A DNA stretch of 32,000 nucleotides from an uncultured Clostridia bacterium (lineage in GTDB: Bacteria > Bacillota > Clostridia > Christensenellales > UBA1242), in contig CALVIT010000003.1 of assembly GCA_944331845.1 (NCBI GenBank), forward strand, positions 1 to 32,000, in the 5' to 3' direction. The notes under the pieces are model-generated. The model searched no databases and was not told the DNA's origin. It saw only the letters and a program-made list of their open reading frames with translations. The position numbers and the translations under genes are program-made. Below, in pieces: positions 15,486 to 24,202 of this stretch (positions are counted from its first letter, which is position 1; each line of letters begins with the position of its first letter).

Positions 15486-17426
15486 TTATAATTGAGTACT
15501 ATGTTTTTTGAAAAAGTCGAATTTTGGTTCCAAAAACTCAAATGACTTAACATCCCCGAAAATTTCTCTATATGTCTTAAATAGATTATCCCAATTCCAA
15601 ATTCTATCATCTGCTTTGAGATACTTAGCGACTAATTCCGCCCCATTAGGTGCTATAGGGTGTAGAAGTGTTACACCTGTTTTGATAGCGTGAATTGTGT
15701 CCGCTATTAGTTGTGCTTTTGCGTCATTATCTTGTGATTTTGACCTTACCGCCCAATCTTGATTAACTTTCCTAAAATATGTGTCAAGAAGTACAATTAT
15801 TTCATTGAATTTAAAATTGAGTGCCATATTCTCATATTTTTGAGCGATATCATTTGCTTCATCAATGACATTTTGTGAAGGTTCAACATTGGGTATAATA
15901 CCATTGAAGAAATTTTGTATAGTATACAAAACTGAGCGAATAATTCGATTAAATATGTTAGTAAGCATATTGCCTTGTGCTAACATAGGGTCGCCTGTCC
16001 CTTCAAATTCATCTCTCATATAAACCTTTGACTTGAAGTTATAAGCGCTATTATTGACATTCATACTTAAGAAATGACATCTTAATTGTTCTACTGTATA
16101 ATGCTCTAACAAATCGTCTGCAGTTGGTGCCTTAAATGACCCGCTACTGCTAGCCTTCATATTGTTGATTAATATGTGTTTATTCGCAATAATATTTGGT
16201 ATTTGTAATTGCCCTTCACTAGGGGTGTCGTTGTTATCCACTCCATTATACGCCATAAACATAGCAGGTTCTGCTAAAGAATAGAAGTATATGTTATCTT
16301 CGCCAATGAATTGAGTTATCTCATTGTCCTTGCTACACCACCAATCTTGCCACTTCTCATCACTTCCTATCTCTTGTAAATAAGTCTTTGTGAATGATAT
16401 AGGCGCCCACAAAGATTCTGGCCATACATAGAATGTTAAGTCCTTAGTCTCGGGTTCAGCTTGTGGGACAGGCACACCCCAAGGAGTATTACCTGTTATT
16501 CTCAAAGGAGCAAGGCATTTGTTAGTAGTGTAGTGTATGCCTTGTTGTTTTAGCAAATCGCATATTTTGTCTCTATCACTAACATTTGTAAAATATATTT
16601 CTACTCTTTGTTTTTTGTCATCAACCTTGATTTCATTATAGTTGTCTAATTTTAAGTTATCTATTTTGTCTTTCTCATCAACCTTAATAAATATAGCAGG
16701 TCTAGACAAGTAATCTCTCATTTCTTTAATGATAAACTTATGTGTGTTATCGTGCTCTTTTAATCTTTGAACTATATTCAATAGATTCTCACGATACTCA
16801 TCCAACGAGAAATAATAATTTGTTACTTCCTTAAAAGTTGGAACAGTTTTTGACAAAGTACTAATAGGGTCGATTAAGTCCCTAGGGTTGTATTGATGCC
16901 CTAGCGAACACTCATCAGCATACCCCACTTCGCTTTGACACCCTTCAATAGGACATTTACCTTCAACTTGCCTACCGTTAAGCACAACATTTTTTTGTGT
17001 GTCAAAAAATTGTTCAGTGCATTTCTTTTGCATTTTATTATTTTTTAACATTCTCTCAAAAAAAGTTGCAGATATCTCAGTGTGATTCTTAAGTGCTGGT
17101 TCTAAACAAGAAGCATAAAAATTATTTAATGAAATACCGTATGCTCGCAAAGTATTTTTTTGTATATTGTGGAAATGCTCAACATATTCAGGCAAAGTAT
17201 AATTTATCTCGCCCGCTTCAAATAATTTGCGGTACTTCTCATCAGTAGAAGAACCGAAACCATCAGTACCACAAATATAGATGACATTGTCTTTGCCTAT
17301 CCTATCTCGCATATATCTCGCATAAAAATCAGACCAAATAAAAATCATAATATGCCCTAAATGTAAAGGTTTATTACCATTTGGCATACCTGCAGTTATA
17401 ACGACCTTCTTTGGCAACTTACTCAT
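15486..17426 (-). CDS. metG: Methionyl-tRNA synthetase (646 aa), no C-terminal tRNA-binding OB domain
   Basis: Start moved to the ATG at 17426 (MSKLPKKVVITAGMPNGNKPLHLGH), which follows AGGAG with 7-nt spacing. HIGH motif HLGH. Zn-knuckle region CPIEGC..ECSLGH. Colinear by eye with E. coli-type MetRS (FYVWPESL.., FIGEDNIYFYSL..). The KMSKS position reads KASSS. Confidence 0.9.
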   Translation of the reverse strand: MSKLPKKVVITAGMPNGNKPLHLGHIMIFIWSDFYARYMRDRIGKDNVIYICGTDGFGSSTDEKYRKLFEAGEINYTLPEYVEHFHNIQKNTLRAYGISLNNFYASCLEPALKNHTEISATFFERMLKNNKMQKKCTEQFFDTQKNVVLNGRQVEGKCPIEGCQSEVGYADECSLGHQYNPRDLIDPISTLSKTVPTFKEVTNYYFSLDEYRENLLNIVQRLKEHDNTHKFIIKEMRDYLSRPAIFIKVDEKDKIDNLKLDNYNEIKVDDKKQRVEIYFTNVSDRDKICDLLKQQGIHYTTNKCLAPLRITGNTPWGVPVPQAEPETKDLTFYVWPESLWAPISFTKTYLQEIGSDEKWQDWWCSKDNEITQFIGEDNIYFYSLAEPAMFMAYNGVDNNDTPSEGQLQIPNIIANKHILINNMKASSSGSFKAPTADDLLEHYTVEQLRCHFLSMNVNNSAYNFKSKVYMRDEFEGTGDPMLAQGNMLTNIFNRIIRSVLYTIQNFFNGIIPNVEPSQNVIDEANDIAQKYENMALNFKFNEIIVLLDTYFRKVNQDWAVRSKSQDNDAKAQLIADTIHAIKTGVTLLHPIAPNGAELVAKYLKADDRIWNWDNLFKTYREIFGDVKSFEFLEPKFDFFKKHSTQL

Positions 17427-17986
17427 AATAATACTCCTATAATAAAACTCAATATCTAACAAATATGTTCATTATTTATAATACAATATCAGTTATCAAC
17501 TAATAAATTTTAAAATTTATAACAAAATAGATAAGAACTTATACTCGTTAAATATTAATAAATTAACAATGAATAAATTATACTAACAAATAAGCATTTT
17601 GTCAATTAAATTAAGATAACAAAGAACTTAACGCTGAGATTTAACATTTTCATAAATCATCTTTGTAATATTTTAAATTAATATTTATAACATTATTAAA
17701 TTAAGGTTAAAAGACATAATTCATTATTAACCTTTGTATCTTACATATTTAACTTAATATTATATAAAGTTATTCTTAATTATTCATAAGTTAACCTTCT
17801 ATTTTTGATAGTTACCCCACTAATTTTATGTAGTTATGCTTTTATTTTTATTTAACTAATGTATTAGATAAATACCTTATATAATTTCTTATAGTTAATT
17901 ACATTATAATTAAATATTAACATAACCTATCAGTTATTTTAAATTTATATCATACGAGAATATAACGAAGACTCAATTTTTGTAAT

Positions 17987-18013
17987 AAAAAAAGCACAAT
18001 TATTTTGTGCTTT
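17987..18013 (-). terminator. Rho-independent terminator of the 302-aa membrane protein gene
   Basis: Stem gcacaa (17994-17999) / ttgtgc (18005-18010), extended by A/T runs. On the minus strand a T7 run follows directly after the stop codon. Confidence 0.7.
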
Positions 18014-18922
18014 TTATTTACTTTCACTCTCATTATTTGTAGTAGTCTTTTTTGTTGTTTTCTTTGTTCCGCTTGCTTTATCACTAGCAGTCTTAGAAGC
18101 AGTCTTCTTAGTAGAAGTTCCACTTGCTTTAGTTGTGCTAGATTTAGCGGTAGAAGTTTTAGATTTGGTAGTCTTTGTAGCAGTACTTTTAACTTCGCTA
18201 GTCGATTTTGAAGCACTTTGTTTAGAAGCCTTCTCCTCTTCCTTCTCTTCTTCTTGCTCTTTCTCTTCTTTTTGTTCTTCGCCTTCAGTCAATACACGAA
18301 TATTTGTTTTGTTCTCTTCTTTGGTATCTTCATTCTTAACTTCGACTTTCTCGCCATCAATCACTACAACACCATCGACAACTTGAACGCCACTTTCGCC
18401 CTTCTTCTCGCTAAAGTCATCCGCAGTGTAGTACCCTTGTGCACCCAATTTGTAGAACTCAAGTCCAACCACAATCACTGAACCAATAATACCAAAATAA
18501 TAACCTATTCCCGCAGTATTACCCATTGTAAATGTTACTCCATCTTCAGTGTAAGCACCAACTTTAGTTAAAACAAGGTATTCAACTATGAATGATACAG
18601 CCATTAGTAGTCCAAGTCCAATATTGATACCTGATAGCATAGCACTATTTCTAAATATAAAATTGATTACAAATACATAGACCATAGCAATTATTGAAAA
18701 AATACCACAAACAGCCAAAGCCCAATTACCATTTGTCATCTTCCACATTTGACTAAATGTTGAACCGCCACCAGAACTAGCGTACCTTACTAATACTAAG
18801 GATAAAACAATCAAAACTAATGACAACAAAGATACCCAGAAGTCAACTCTTTGATAAAAAGTCCCCAAGTCTTTGCTATCTCTAACAAAAAACACACTGT
18901 TGTAAGATTTCTTTTTGTCCAT
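18014..18922 (-). CDS. Polytopic membrane protein (about 5 TM helices) with a long E/K- then S/T/K-rich low-complexity C-terminal tail
   Basis: SD AAGGAG lies 9 nt before the ATG. Hydrophobic helices include WVSLLSLVLIVLSLVLV, LAVCGIFSIIAMVYVFVINFIF, GINIGLGLLMAVSFIVEYLVL and GIGYYFGIIGSVIVVGLEF. The tail reads EEQKEEKEQEEEKEEEK..STATKTTKSKTSTAKSSTTK... No family recognised. Confidence 0.75.
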   Translation of the reverse strand: MDKKKSYNSVFFVRDSKDLGTFYQRVDFWVSLLSLVLIVLSLVLVRYASSGGGSTFSQMWKMTNGNWALAVCGIFSIIAMVYVFVINFIFRNSAMLSGINIGLGLLMAVSFIVEYLVLTKVGAYTEDGVTFTMGNTAGIGYYFGIIGSVIVVGLEFYKLGAQGYYTADDFSEKKGESGVQVVDGVVVIDGEKVEVKNEDTKEENKTNIRVLTEGEEQKEEKEQEEEKEEEKASKQSASKSTSEVKSTATKTTKSKTSTAKSSTTKASGTSTKKTASKTASDKASGTKKTTKKTTTNNESESK

Positions 18923-18944
18923 TCCCCAAATCTCCTTGCAAATA

Positions 18945-18972
18945 TTATATCAAATCTACATAATAAATCAAA
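18945..18972 (-). promoter_or_regulatory. sigmaA promoter with extended -10 for the 302-aa membrane protein gene: TTGATT - 16 nt - (TGa)TATAAT
   Basis: On the minus strand the -35 is at 18972-18967, TG at 18953-18952 and the -10 TATAAT at 18950-18945, about 20 nt upstream of the SD. Confidence 0.55.
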
Positions 18973-19451
18973 ATGATTTAATATATAAATTAATAAAAAT
19001 TAAATTGTTAATGACTATGTAAATATTGCAACATTGATTTATGTAGCGTATTGCCTAATGCCTACAACCGAAGTTAAATACTTTGTACTTTCGTACACAT
19101 AGTCTAGCATAGAAGTTAAATACTATTTGCTTGTGCAACCCGCTATATATGTGTTTTATACTTATATGTATTTTGTCAAGTCCAAAACACAAACAAACTA
19201 CAAAAAGCATTGTCAGTTGTATCCTTTCTTAAATAGCATCTTATACTGCATACGAAGATAAATCCCTGTAGTCTTACACTTAATGTAATTTGAATACAAG
19301 AACACATACCATAATAGAATAAATTTATGCCTAAATAATTGCACACCTTGTGTTATTGCTACAATAAATAAAGATAACACTATTTTAAAAACCAACCTAA
19401 GAGTACCCCAAATCACAACAAACTTATTAGAAAACCCCAGTACAACAAAAC

Positions 19452-19480
19452 TCATAAATAAATGAGTCATATCATACAAT
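19452..19480 (+). promoter_or_regulatory. sigmaE-type (mother-cell) promoter of spmA-spmB: TCATAAA - 14 nt - CATACAAT
   Basis: Exact match to the B. subtilis sigmaE consensus ZHATAXX-14-CATACAHT (-35 at 19452-19458, -10 at 19473-19480). The -10 ends 5 nt before the spmA ATG at 19486. Confidence 0.6.
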
Positions 19481-19485
19481 AAACT

Positions 19486-20094
19486 ATGGACAAGATATGG
19501 TTAGCAATAATGATACTATCATTAGTATTTTTAATTTTTACTAGTCCCGAAACGGCGTTAACAAGTATGATAACCGCTAGTGGTACTGCTGTGAACCTTG
19601 CTGTGAAATTACTAGCAGTATATGCGGTATGGTTAGGACTAATTGAGATAGTTAAAGAGACTCAACTCTCAAAGAAATTATCTAACCTACTATCTCCATT
19701 AATTGATTTTTTATTTGGTAAAGTCGACAATAAGGCCAAAGATTATATCGCTATGAATATGTCATTCAATATGTTAGGTGTTGGGAACGCTGCTACCCCA
19801 ACAGGCATCAAAGCATTTAATGCTCTTGAAGACGGTAGCGACAAAATAACCGCCGCAATGGTAATGCTACTTGTCATCAACACGACAAGCATACAACTTC
19901 TTCCTACAACAATCATAGGTATGAGAGTTACAGCGGGCAGTGTCAATGCGAGTGATATCATTATGCCAAGTCTAATAGCAACAATAATATCAACTGCAGT
20001 CGGTGTGATACTTGTTAAATTAATCTATCGAAACAAAAAATCAAAACGAAATCTTTATGCCACCGCCAATACCACAAAGCACAAACAATCATAA
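19486..20094 (+). CDS. spmA: Spore maturation protein A
   Basis: Colinear by eye with B. subtilis SpmA (IWL..VWLGLIEI..; NMLGVGNAATPTGIKAF; INTTSIQLLPTTIIGMR..GS.N). Nucleoside-recognition-type membrane protein. No SD upstream. Confidence 0.85.
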   Translation: MDKIWLAIMILSLVFLIFTSPETALTSMITASGTAVNLAVKLLAVYAVWLGLIEIVKETQLSKKLSNLLSPLIDFLFGKVDNKAKDYIAMNMSFNMLGVGNAATPTGIKAFNALEDGSDKITAAMVMLLVINTTSIQLLPTTIIGMRVTAGSVNASDIIMPSLIATIISTAVGVILVKLIYRNKKSKRNLYATANTTKHKQS

Positions 20095-20106
20095 CGGAGG
20101 TTACAA

Positions 20107-20619
20107 ATGCAGTTGTCGGAACTCATTGTACCATTACTCATAATATTCCTATTATTCTACGGTATATATAAGAAAGTCAATTCGTACGATTGTTTTATCA
20201 AAGGTGCTAACCAAAGCATTGATTTAGTTGTATCAATTTTCCCATATCTAGTAGCGATATTTGTCGCAGTTGAACTAATGAAAGTCAGCGGACTAACAGC
20301 AGTCTTTACAATCATTCTAACCCCCATATTTAACTTATTACAAATACCGCCAGAGTTAGCGGAACTTGTACTTATTCGCCCATTTAGCGGAAGCGGAAGC
20401 CTAGCAATACTAGAGAACATATACACTAATTATGGCGCAGATAGTTATATAGGTAGATGCGCAAGCGTAATACTCGGTTGTAGCGATAGTATCTTTTACA
20501 TAGCGACAATCTACCTTTCTCAAACTAAAATAAAGAAATTAGGTTTCGCAATACCTATAGCACTTTTTGCTACCCTTGTAGGTGTGGTATGCTCCTGCCT
20601 ATTATGTAAAATTATGTGA
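20107..20619 (+). CDS. spmB: Spore maturation protein B
   Basis: GGAGG lies 6 nt before the ATG, which is 12 nt after the spmA stop. Motifs FPYLVAIFVAV, IRPFSGSGSL, GADSYIGRCASV and FYIATIY match SpmB. Confidence 0.85.
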   Translation: MQLSELIVPLLIIFLLFYGIYKKVNSYDCFIKGANQSIDLVVSIFPYLVAIFVAVELMKVSGLTAVFTIILTPIFNLLQIPPELAELVLIRPFSGSGSLAILENIYTNYGADSYIGRCASVILGCSDSIFYIATIYLSQTKIKKLGFAIPIALFATLVGVVCSCLLCKIM

Positions 20620-20857
20620 TAAAAAATTCTTACATTAACCTTAAAATTATTTAACTACCTATTTACTTAAATTTAATATTGAAACCCTGCATATTTACTC
20701 TACATTTACTAATTCTTACCCCATAAATTTACCTAATATTTACTAATTATGTACTTCGCACATTTACGCCTACTAATTGCACATTTTAAATAAAAGCATT
20801 TTTATTTATAAAATTATTCATTGAATTACATACTTAATATACTACCATTATTATCAC

Positions 20858-20911
20858 AAAAAAAGTATTTCTTAACATATTTTATATTATATGTTTGTGA
20901 AATACTTTTTT
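20858..20911. terminator. Candidate bidirectional terminator (long imperfect AT-rich hairpin) between convergent spmB and the MBG lipoprotein gene
   Basis: Outer stem aaaaaagtatttc (20859-20871) / gaaatactttttt (20899-20911). Inner stem acatat/atatgt. A-run and T-run flanks. Confidence 0.4.
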
Positions 20912-20965
20912 ATTAAACAAATTAAATTTTAAAATTAGATTAAATTATTATAAACTATATTAACT

Positions 20966-23900
20966 TTATTCTAGTTCTGCTTCAAGTATTGTCAAAGTCC
21001 CACTCAATATTGTTATAGTATAATGGTCGCTATCTTGTGCTGTACCACTTATAATATATTGCCCAGGAGTTTCGCCTTCTTCTCTACTAAATACTATACC
21101 TAATTGATTAAAATCTTCGCTCAAAATTCTATCGCTAGTAGCATCTAATGTCCATTGATAACTACCATCATCTTCCCCTTCATATTTGGTTATATCACTA
21201 ATTTGGATGACATAATTTCTTTTTATAATAGTATATGTAGCATTATTAACAGTTACATCGTAGTTATTTTTACCATTTAACTCAGTTACTGTATACTCAA
21301 TATCATATTCGCCAACGGCGGTGTTATCGCCTGACAAAGTTATTGTAAGTTCATTATTTATAATACTGTCGCTACTCTCGTCTATTGAATAAGTAAATTC
21401 CTTATCTTCGCCGTATTTGAAAGTTTTAGCATCAATATTGAATATAATCTTTGCTTTAACAATATCTAACTGCCCAGCAGTAGCGTACAAAATATAATTA
21501 TTTGCTTGTTGTAATAATTCTATATTGATAACATACTGACCGACATCGACTCCATCGCAAGAATATTGATAATCTATTTCGCCATCGACAATCTGCCCTT
21601 TGACTTCGCTTATCTCGTGAGTAAATTGTGGTGTTACGCCGTAGGTCGTTTGAACATTATTAACACTAGCGTATATCTCGCATTTATTAATCGTGTACTT
21701 ACCACTCAAAACTAAAATATTGTAATTATCATTTGGTTGACTTACTTGCCCCATAATGTCATATTGACCAACATTCATTATCTCATAATACTCACTAGGC
21801 ACTGTGAAAGTAAATTCATCTGCACCTTCGCTGACATCGCCCATAATGTCGCTACCTTCAGCGTACTCAAATGTAAATGTAGGTTCAAGTCCATAATATG
21901 TAGTATAATCTTTGAGTTTTATGACAATCTCTGCTTTGTTAATAATCAAATGACCACCAACGAAAGTTATTTCGTAGTTTGGCAATTCCACAACTTTTTG
22001 ATAAGAGAGTGGATATTCTCCAACATTATTTTGATAAGGCACAGTAACTTGATAATAATCGGCAATATTTATATTCTCAACATTCACATCGCCTTTAGTT
22101 ATGTCGAGAGTGAAAGTCAAATCTTCTAAATTATATCCTTGATAATATCTCATACTAATGTCATTAACATTGAATACTAATCGCCTAGCGACAATCTCAA
22201 GATTACCACTGCTTGTTGTTATTTGATAATTAGGGTCTGCAGTCTTAACAACTATAGATACGGTATAATTTCCTACATCTTCGCCTTCTACTCTAATGTA
22301 GTCAAATTCCAAAGTATTACCATCGTAGATAGAATCGCTACCTTCTAACAAACTAAATTGATATGTAGGGTCAGTGTCAGCATAAATCTTAGTCGCATCA
22401 TCTACTTTGATTGAGACCAAAGCAGGTGTTATCTCTAGATTCCCAACCAAAGTTGTAATAACATAGTTAGATTTATCTTGTGAAGCAATAGGGGTTATCT
22501 CATAATTCCCGACATTCTCTCCACTGCTTCTATTAAATGTAATAGATATTTCATTGTCAACTACTTCGTCATATCCATCGACAAATGAATAAGTAAATTC
22601 AGGGTCGCTTTGTCCAAAGCGTTTGGTAGCATCGCCCGCTTGTATGTGAATTTGTCTAGGGGTGATAGTCAAAGTCCCCTTAGTAATACTAATATTATAA
22701 TTACTTGCATAAGGACCGCCCACAGTTGCATTTATTGAGTAGTTGCCTACATCTTCGCCAACGGCTCTATTAAATGTTACGCTTAAAACATCGTCATAGA
22801 ATAACTTTGTTGTATCTTCCTTATTTCTACTATTATATATTGTATAAGTGTAGTCTTGTGGGTCTTCAGTTTTATATTTCTTTGTTTCATTTTGAATAGT
22901 TACTACAATAGGTGCAGGCAAAATATTTAACCTATTGTTAGTGAAAGTCAAATTATAGTTAGAATTATCATACAAACATTCTAATGTATACAATCCTACA
23001 TCCTTAGCATCGCTAGGTACCTTAATATTTATATTCAAGTCTTCTTTGGTGTCATCATATTTTAAGCCGGTAACGCTATAATTAATATTGCCCACTTGTA
23101 ACCCGTAATATGTAGCAGGAGCGCTGACACTAACTTGAGCCTCCGCAGGTTGAATATAATAACTACCTTCTACAAAGTTAATAACATAATTCTCGCTATT
23201 GTCGCCACTTAATTCAAAAGGTTGACTCTCGTATATAGCATAATTTCCAGCATTGATACCTTCTTGTCTAGTCAATGCCCCTTGAATTAGTAATTCATCA
23301 TCATACAATTCGCCTACTGTCCTGTATGTTAGCGCCACATCTTCATCGCCATAACTAATCTCTTTGTTAATAGCCTGAATAGTGATAGTCTGCGGTAAGA
23401 TATTCAATACCCCTTCACAATATCCTTGATAACTAACGGTATCTACTTCCGCCCTAATGTCATAAGTTCCTGCATTAGTAGGCGCCACTTCAGTATATTC
23501 ACTCTCGCCTTGTAATCTATATAGGTATCTTACCCCATCATACGCTTGATTGACAAGCACGCTCTGTGGTTGTGCGTTGTATTGTCTTGTAACAACATTA
23601 TTGACGCTGCCTTGAAATCTCAATGACAAAGTCCCCGCCATAACATCTATTTGAACACTGTCAGTAAGGTTGCCATCAAATGACCTTACATATACCATAG
23701 CAGACCCTACATTTATCGCTTCAATCTTGACAAATTCATCGGATATCTGCTCCATTCTAATAATATTATTCTGCGGAGTCCACCATTCTACCCTTTTGTC
23801 AGTAGCGTTGTCGGGTTCAAAAACGACATTAAGTTCAAAAGTTTGTCCTACAACAATTGTCTCACTAGGTAAACCAACAATCTGTATCTTCTTAAGTGCG

Positions 23901-23980
23901 ACTTCATCACACCCCGACATAAGTAACCCTGTTATAGTAAGTACAAATGCCACTAACAAACTCTTAATGTAATTAGTCAT
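20966..23980 (-). CDS. Surface lipoprotein with an N-terminal Big_2-like domain and multiple MBG (YGX-type) repeats (1,004 aa)
   Basis: SD AAGGAG lies 6 nt before the ATG. Lipoprotein signal MTNYIKSLLVAFVLTITGLLMSG|C. The first domain is Big_2-like (..VGQTFELNV..VEWW..). About 10 repeats follow with the pattern K.YG..DP.FTY...G.......L...R..GE.VG.Y.I.......NY.I....G.L.I. Confidence 0.85.
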   Translation of the reverse strand: MTNYIKSLLVAFVLTITGLLMSGCDEVALKKIQIVGLPSETIVVGQTFELNVVFEPDNATDKRVEWWTPQNNIIRMEQISDEFVKIEAINVGSAMVYVRSFDGNLTDSVQIDVMAGTLSLRFQGSVNNVVTRQYNAQPQSVLVNQAYDGVRYLYRLQGESEYTEVAPTNAGTYDIRAEVDTVSYQGYCEGVLNILPQTITIQAINKEISYGDEDVALTYRTVGELYDDELLIQGALTRQEGINAGNYAIYESQPFELSGDNSENYVINFVEGSYYIQPAEAQVSVSAPATYYGLQVGNINYSVTGLKYDDTKEDLNINIKVPSDAKDVGLYTLECLYDNSNYNLTFTNNRLNILPAPIVVTIQNETKKYKTEDPQDYTYTIYNSRNKEDTTKLFYDDVLSVTFNRAVGEDVGNYSINATVGGPYASNYNISITKGTLTITPRQIHIQAGDATKRFGQSDPEFTYSFVDGYDEVVDNEISITFNRSSGENVGNYEITPIASQDKSNYVITTLVGNLEITPALVSIKVDDATKIYADTDPTYQFSLLEGSDSIYDGNTLEFDYIRVEGEDVGNYTVSIVVKTADPNYQITTSSGNLEIVARRLVFNVNDISMRYYQGYNLEDLTFTLDITKGDVNVENINIADYYQVTVPYQNNVGEYPLSYQKVVELPNYEITFVGGHLIINKAEIVIKLKDYTTYYGLEPTFTFEYAEGSDIMGDVSEGADEFTFTVPSEYYEIMNVGQYDIMGQVSQPNDNYNILVLSGKYTINKCEIYASVNNVQTTYGVTPQFTHEISEVKGQIVDGEIDYQYSCDGVDVGQYVINIELLQQANNYILYATAGQLDIVKAKIIFNIDAKTFKYGEDKEFTYSIDESSDSIINNELTITLSGDNTAVGEYDIEYTVTELNGKNNYDVTVNNATYTIIKRNYVIQISDITKYEGEDDGSYQWTLDATSDRILSEDFNQLGIVFSREEGETPGQYIISGTAQDSDHYTITILSGTLTILEAELE

Positions 23981-24016
23981 TATTTACTCCTTTGTAACTG
24001 CGAATTGATTTACTTT

Positions 24017-24046
24017 AGTATAACACAAAAATAAATTTTTTTGCAA
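24017..24046 (-). promoter_or_regulatory. sigmaA promoter with extended -10 for the MBG lipoprotein gene: TTGCAA - 18 nt - (TGt)TATACT
   Basis: On the minus strand the -35 is at 24046-24041 and the -10 at 24022-24017, about 25 nt upstream of the SD. Confidence 0.5.
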
Positions 24047-24081
24047 ATAATTATTTACAATAGTTGTCATTTTTGTTATAC

Positions 24082-24147
24082 AAAAAGGCTACAATTAACA
24101 ATAATGCCCACGAATTACACTTATAGTACATTTTGTTAATTGTAACC
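24082..24147 (-). terminator. Terminator of the Big_2-type gene (15-bp stem, large loop, T-run)
   Basis: ggctacaattaacaa (24087-24101) pairs with ttgttaattgtaacc (24133-24147) at 14/15 positions plus one wobble. The A5 run at 24082-24086 is the T-run on the minus strand. Confidence 0.45.
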
Positions 24148-24202
24148 TTATATATATTTAAATTATTTATGTTGTAAAGTTACTTATGTAGTTATATTAT
24201 AT

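Noticed and set aside
19213-19479. 88-aa minus-strand ORF (hydrophobic) directly abutting spmA
   Set aside because: Its start would lie 6 bp from the spmA ATG and on top of the sigmaE promoter. It has no SD and no recognisable family. Kept only as a remote possibility of a small membrane protein.
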